A stretch of 64,000 bases of DNA from an uncultured bacterium (GTDB taxonomy: Bacteria > Omnitrophota > Omnitrophia > Omnitrophales > Aquincolibacteriaceae). Shown one piece after another: positions 60,066 through 64,000 of this stretch; the stretch's first letter is position 1, and the number at the start of each line of letters is the position of its first letter. The position numbers were made by a program, and so were the translations under genes. The stretch covers positions 11,773 to 75,772 of the forward strand of contig CAYPIR010000007.1 in the NCBI GenBank assembly GCA_964410905.1, given 5' to 3'. Under the pieces are notes generated by a model, which had not been told where the DNA came from, searched no databases, and saw only the letters and a list, made by a program, of their open reading frames with translations.

Positions 60066-60374
60066 CGACCCCGGGCAGATTCGAACTGCCGACCCTCTGC
60101 TTAGCATCCGACATCAAGTTGCCTTGACCGCTCAAAAAATTGAGTTTGTCGGCTGGACTTTCTCTTAGGCGTTGCAGCCTTGCCGTGTAAAGTCTCTACA
60201 CTTCCCGATGGATTGGGTAGCTCGGTGTTGTCCTCAAATCAGATTTCCGTTTTCACGGATAAATAAATCAAAGGGGATTCACCGAATTAGCGGCATTCAC
60301 TTTACGAGTTCAATTCCTCGTAAAGGCTCCATTATATAGAAGGCAGATGCTCTATCCAACTGAGCTACGGGGCC
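60066..60374 (-). tRNA. tRNA-Arg (anticodon UCU) interrupted by a 235-nt group I intron between anticodon positions 34 and 35. The mature tRNA is 74 nt.
   Basis: 5' exon (60374->60340): GGCCCCGTAGCTCAGTTGGATAGAGCATCTGCCTT. 3' exon (60104->60066): CTAAGCAGAGGGTCGGCAGTTCGAATCTGCCCGGGGTCG. The joined exons give a canonical cloverleaf: acceptor GGCCCCG/CGGGGTC, Arg-type D-loop TGGATAGAGC, anticodon stem TCTGC/GCAGA with loop CUUCUAA, T-arm GGCAGTTCGAATCTGCC. The 5' exon ends in U and the intron ends in G. Confidence 0.8.
60105..60339 (-). ncRNA. Group I self-splicing intron (IC3-like, Azoarcus/cyanobacterial tRNA-intron type).
   Basis: The P7 pairing GACUUU / AAAGUC lies inside R-like (GUGUAGAGACUUUA) and S-like (AGAGAAAGUCC) elements. 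AAUUCGGUGAAUCC resembles the Azoarcus AAUUCGGCGAAACC. GUGUAGAGACU is shared with the Azoarcus tRNA-Ile intron. 235 nt is a typical size. Confidence 0.7.
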
Positions 60375-60548
60375 ATCCATACGCGTATAATACAATAAAC
60401 CCTTTTAAATAGGTTGACTTTTATATGAAAAAATTTTAATTTACAACATATAGCAAACTATAACATCGACTCATTTGACAAAACCTTTAATACAAGTTAA
60501 GCTTCTCTTAGATATCGTTGTAGCAGGAAAAGAAAGGAAGGCGAATTT

Positions 60549-63500
60549 ATGACAGAGCATATGAGTAGTAGAAAAAGATTGGTCTTTCGCTCTATAAGCC
60601 TTTTTGTAATTGTTGCTTTTCTTGTTACGCAAAGCGATGTTCATCTTGCTTTAGCCAGCATTCAAACTCCAAGCGTTCCCGCGGTGCCTAATGTTGATGT
60701 AAAAGCGGATTCCAAAATTCAATACGCCACCGATTTTGCTGAAGCATTTAAAACTCAATCCCAAACAGAAAAAGATCCCACGCAAGGCGTCAGCCCCGAT
60801 CAAGTTCGCGAGTCGTCTTTTACGTATGATATTCCCGAAGGCGTAACTCCTGAACAATCGACCACGTTTTTAGAGAATCAAAATCCGCTTTTAAGAAAAA
60901 CCGCTGAAGGCGCGACTATTGAAAATGTAAATGGTGTTATTAAAGTTTCTTACGCGGACGGCGCTTATTTTAAATATGACGAAGAGAATAAACACATTTT
61001 AGAAATTTGTGATTTTACGCGTTCCGTTACAAACGAACAAACAGGCGAAGTTTCTTTTGAACTTGAGAGAAGACTTTTTGACAGCGGCGTTTCAAACGGA
61101 CAAAGTTATATTCGCATAACAACAGTTGACTCAGTTAGCGGAGTTGATTCTTATCAAAAATTCGCTACCGATAGTTCACGGCAGCTTGGCGATCTTTTAG
61201 AAACTGGACTTTTAGTAACGGACGACAACGGAACCGCGCGAGAAATTCCCACGGTTGTTTATTCCGGAAATCAGATAACAATTTATGACAGGACAGATGA
61301 CGCTGGTTTTTATGCCGAACGCGTTTATGAAAAAACGTCTGAGACGGCGGCTCGGCTTTTGTCTTATCAAGTTATAGAACGTTCTGAAACAGGCGAGGCG
61401 TTTGCTTCCGTTAATATAGAAGTCATTTATAATGACGAAGCGAAAACGGTTACCGTTATTGATCGTTCTCAAGAAAATGAAACTAGACCGGAAACTGTTT
61501 ATTATTGGAAATATAATCTTGTAAACGGAAACGAACGCGGCGAACTTGTCGAAGTTGGCATTATGAAAAACGACACGACGAACGCGATTGTTTCTAGTTT
61601 TCAAATCAGCGCTGACCGATACACTTTGACCGACGCTAGCAATCCAAATTATTTAGTTGAGTTTGAACGTCTTACAAACGACGGAGTCGGTCGCGTTCTT
61701 ACTTTCCGCGATCCATCCGTTAATGCCAATTTGGAATATATTTATAATGACGATGCGGACACGCCTTCTGTAACTATTTTGAACTATATAGAAAACACTT
61801 ATGTAAAAATCAGTGTTACCGACCCTGCGGCTCTTCCAGCCGCGGCTGACGCGACTATTACGGATTTCGAGAAGGTTATTGAAGCTGGGACTTTTGTCGC
61901 GGTAAACGGCCAAAAACAATTTAAAAAATATTTTGAACGAGTAGACGGAGATTGGCTTGTTTATGACCCTACAAATCCGCAAATCTTCGATATCTATGCT
62001 TCCTTTCCTAGCGATGCGTGGGGCAGTGTAATTCAAGCTCGGGGTCCTCCGGAAGATGGTTTTGAGCAGTTGATGGATTATCGTTATGAATACGATATAT
62101 CCGCCCGCACCGTTACTGTTTATGCTGTTACAAATTTCACCTACGCGACCTACCAATATTACGATTCAGGCACATCCTCATTAATAGAACAAGGCACTTT
62201 TACTTTTGACGGCTACGAAGTTACTTCAAAGACCCCTGTTCCAATTCCGACATTAGATGACCGCATCGCCGATGGCACTGCCGATGAGGAAACTTCTGAT
62301 GTCCGGACAGTTGATCCTCTTACTTCAGACCTCGCTATCGCCGCCGCAAAAGCGGATTTGGCGGAGCGTTATCCCGATATAGATTTATCTGAAGTCGGCG
62401 GGGAAGTTTTTTATTACGATCCGGATGTTGAAGGTCATCTTTATGTTGTTTTGTCTCACGGCGACACACAATATGAATACGATTATGAAATTGAGACTCA
62501 AACTGCAACTTATATAAGCTACAGCGTTGTTCAGGTTCGCAACTCAGACGGGTCAGTTGACTGGTTCCGTTATGATTTGCAGGGGCGATTGATAGCTGAA
62601 TGGCGAAGAACCTCAGACGGAGATATTTTAACGATTCGTCTTTATCGATATGACAATCCCGGAGAAATTATTATTACGGATTATGAAACGCACACGCTTC
62701 GTGTCGCTCGATTGAATGAAAGCGGCGAGATTGGCGAAACTTTGCAGTGGGGATATTTTGATGAGCAGCAGGGAATTTATTCGATACAAGGCACGGGTGA
62801 TAAGGAAGCGAAATGGTTCACGATAGGCGCTGATGGTCTTATTTTAAGCGGTGATGAAGTCGCGACAACGGAACCGCGTCGGGCTTATTATTCCAACAAA
62901 GGAAGCGGTCGCGGCGGATATCGAAATGACGAGTTGGACGCGCTCATAAAAAAGCTGCGAAACAACATCAAAAGTTATTCCGAGTGTTTGGAGGAGCGTG
63001 AAAGAACAAGTAATTGGGGAATGTCGTGCGATGAATTTAGCGGCAATATCGGCGTTCTTCAAAAACAAATTGATGATTCTATAGAACGCCGTTCGGATGC
63101 TCCGCGCGGCGGCGAAGGCAGTAATGATCTTAATTATCACAATCCCGCGGCAACGCCAAATTATGTTCCTCCGATTTCCGGAAGCGGCGGCGCGCCGATT
63201 CGCGCTCCCGGCGCGGTTGTTACCGAGAACGAAGACGGAACGGTTACGGTAAACTTAAACGGCCTTGATCAAGTTTGGCGCGCTGGAGAAAACGGAACTT
63301 ACGGCAACAGCAATGATGAGCTTATCAAGGTAACCGAGGTTGCTACGGGAACGATTTGGTATTACGAAAATTCTCGCGCGGTTCGATCAGCAAAACTTGG
63401 TGAGGATGGAGTTGAAATTACTCTTGCTACATATCAATATGACCTCGAAGCAAATACCGCAACTGTAATTGAGGCTGATGGTTCATCGTATACATTCAAG

Positions 63501-64000
63501 TTTGACAGTCTTGATAACCCGTTTGAAACCGGGAATTTAATAAGCGCTTCGTTTTCCCGAGACGGCATTCAAATTAATCAAAATTATGAAGACGGGCGGT
63601 TGCTGTCTGAATGCAACGGCACGTCTAACACATGCACAACTTATGAATATGATTTGGAAAAGAATACCGCAACGCTCACATCCGCGAACGGCACTCGTAT
63701 TGTGAATCTCGGCGCGGACGGAGCGCTTGGGACAGAAGATGACTTTCTTGTCGGCGGCGATGATGACACGGCGCTTTTGATTGAGAGAAATGGAGACGGA
63801 ACAATTCAGTCTATAACCGACTCAGTCAATGATGTTATTACCTTCTATATATATAACGGTCAGGAGGTAACCATAATACAAGAAGAAGGAATCGCGGAAA
63901 CGCCTAGAAAAGTTCTTTCTACGATTAAAATAAATCTCGGCGCGGACGGGGAATTAGGAACGGCAGATGACCGGATGCTTTCTGTTGACGGAATTTTTGA
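60549..64000 (+). CDS. Secreted YD-repeat (RHS/teneurin-like) protein, 3'-truncated by the window edge (>=1150 aa).
   Basis: GGAAGG RBS and a signal peptide (RKRLVFRSISLFVIVAFLVTQSDVHLALA). YD-repeat motifs: FRYDLQGRLIAEW, YRYDNPGEIIITDYE, ATYQYDLEANTATVIEADG, CTTYEYDLEKNTATLTSANG. Recurring NLGADG.LGT.DD units. I read the frame as open to the end, from my own translation and from the absence of other + strand ORFs here. Confidence 0.65.
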   Translation, partial: MTEHMSSRKRLVFRSISLFVIVAFLVTQSDVHLALASIQTPSVPAVPNVDVKADSKIQYATDFAEAFKTQSQTEKDPTQGVSPDQVRESSFTYDIPEGVTPEQSTTFLENQNPLLRKTAEGATIENVNGVIKVSYADGAYFKYDEENKHILEICDFTRSVTNEQTGEVSFELERRLFDSGVSNGQSYIRITTVDSVSGVDSYQKFATDSSRQLGDLLETGLLVTDDNGTAREIPTVVYSGNQITIYDRTDDAGFYAERVYEKTSETAARLLSYQVIERSETGEAFASVNIEVIYNDEAKTVTVIDRSQENETRPETVYYWKYNLVNGNERGELVEVGIMKNDTTNAIVSSFQISADRYTLTDASNPNYLVEFERLTNDGVGRVLTFRDPSVNANLEYIYNDDADTPSVTILNYIENTYVKISVTDPAALPAAADATITDFEKVIEAGTFVAVNGQKQFKKYFERVDGDWLVYDPTNPQIFDIYASFPSDAWGSVIQARGPPEDGFEQLMDYRYEYDISARTVTVYAVTNFTYATYQYYDSGTSSLIEQGTFTFDGYEVTSKTPVPIPTLDDRIADGTADEETSDVRTVDPLTSDLAIAAAKADLAERYPDIDLSEVGGEVFYYDPDVEGHLYVVLSHGDTQYEYDYEIETQTATYISYSVVQVRNSDGSVDWFRYDLQGRLIAEWRRTSDGDILTIRLYRYDNPGEIIITDYETHTLRVARLNESGEIGETLQWGYFDEQQGIYSIQGTGDKEAKWFTIGADGLILSGDEVATTEPRRAYYSNKGSGRGGYRNDELDALIKKLRNNIKSYSECLEERERTSNWGMSCDEFSGNIGVLQKQIDDSIERRSDAPRGGEGSNDLNYHNPAATPNYVPPISGSGGAPIRAPGAVVTENEDGTVTVNLNGLDQVWRAGENGTYGNSNDELIKVTEVATGTIWYYENSRAVRSAKLGEDGVEITLATYQYDLEANTATVIEADGSSYTFKFDSLDNPFETGNLISASFSRDGIQINQNYEDGRLLSECNGTSNTCTTYEYDLEKNTATLTSANGTRIVNLGADGALGTEDDFLVGGDDDTALLIERNGDGTIQSITDSVNDVITFYIYNGQEVTIIQEEGIAETPRKVLSTIKINLGADGELGTADDRMLSVDGIF

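Noticed and set aside
60066-60374. First impression of a tmRNA (ssrA) because of a long structured RNA with a tRNA-like 5' end on the minus strand.
   Set aside because: The 5' end has a full D-arm and anticodon stem, which tmRNA lacks. The two ends assemble into a complete 74-nt tRNA-Arg cloverleaf. The middle carries group I P7/R/S elements and no tag-peptide ORF (ANDENYALAA-like reading frame).
60475-60503. TTGACA at 60475-60480 as a promoter for the YD-repeat gene.
   Set aside because: The best-spaced -10 candidate (TAAGCT) matches only 3 of 6 positions. Too weak to report as a feature.

Overview
The window is AT-rich (~40% GC) bacterial DNA with almost everything coded on the + strand. 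It looks like an uncultivated diderm bacterium. The giant genes and gene content suggest something Omnitrophota-like, but I cannot verify that.

Three very large genes dominate.
(a) 1..6102 is the 3' 6.1 kb of a giant multidomain protein. It has three tandem SAM-methyltransferase-like modules, a GT2 glycosyltransferase and a calcineurin-like phosphoesterase.
(b) 36035..59689 is one uninterrupted 23.7 kb ORF of 7,884 aa. It has an N-terminal signal/TM segment and a complete SecA-like DEAD-motor ATPase (Walker A GAGKT, DEAD box, GRVGRAN motif VI, a PPXD-like insert and a helical scaffold). A polytopic membrane domain follows directly. Then comes roughly 12 kb of alpha-helical/coiled-coil sequence containing TolC/OEP-like segments. 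After that are two further multi-TM clusters, an unassigned globular domain, a Pro/Thr/Ala/Glu-rich linker and a beta-rich C-terminal domain.
(c) 60549..64000 is the 5' part of a secreted YD/RHS-repeat protein that runs off the window end.

Between genes (b) and (c) sits a minus-strand tRNA-Arg(UCU). Its anticodon loop is split by a 235-nt group I intron with a recognisable P7/R-S core. A KTSC-domain gene lies alongside.

The rest is a housekeeping backbone: plsC, M48 and MA-like peptidases, BatD/BatE, trpB-trpA, ruvX, an M16 peptidase, rpe, lepA, lepB, two SPOR proteins, a GNAT, a PilZ-YajQ-PilZ c-di-GMP effector cluster, a cNMP-binding patatin phospholipase, a lysophospholipase, tRNA-Ala(CGC), nadE, rsfS, argS, miaA, pgi and a LysM amidase. 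A truncated ORF6N (KilA-N-like) fragment lies between the amidase and the giant gene.

No CRISPR array, rRNA or obvious transposase is present.
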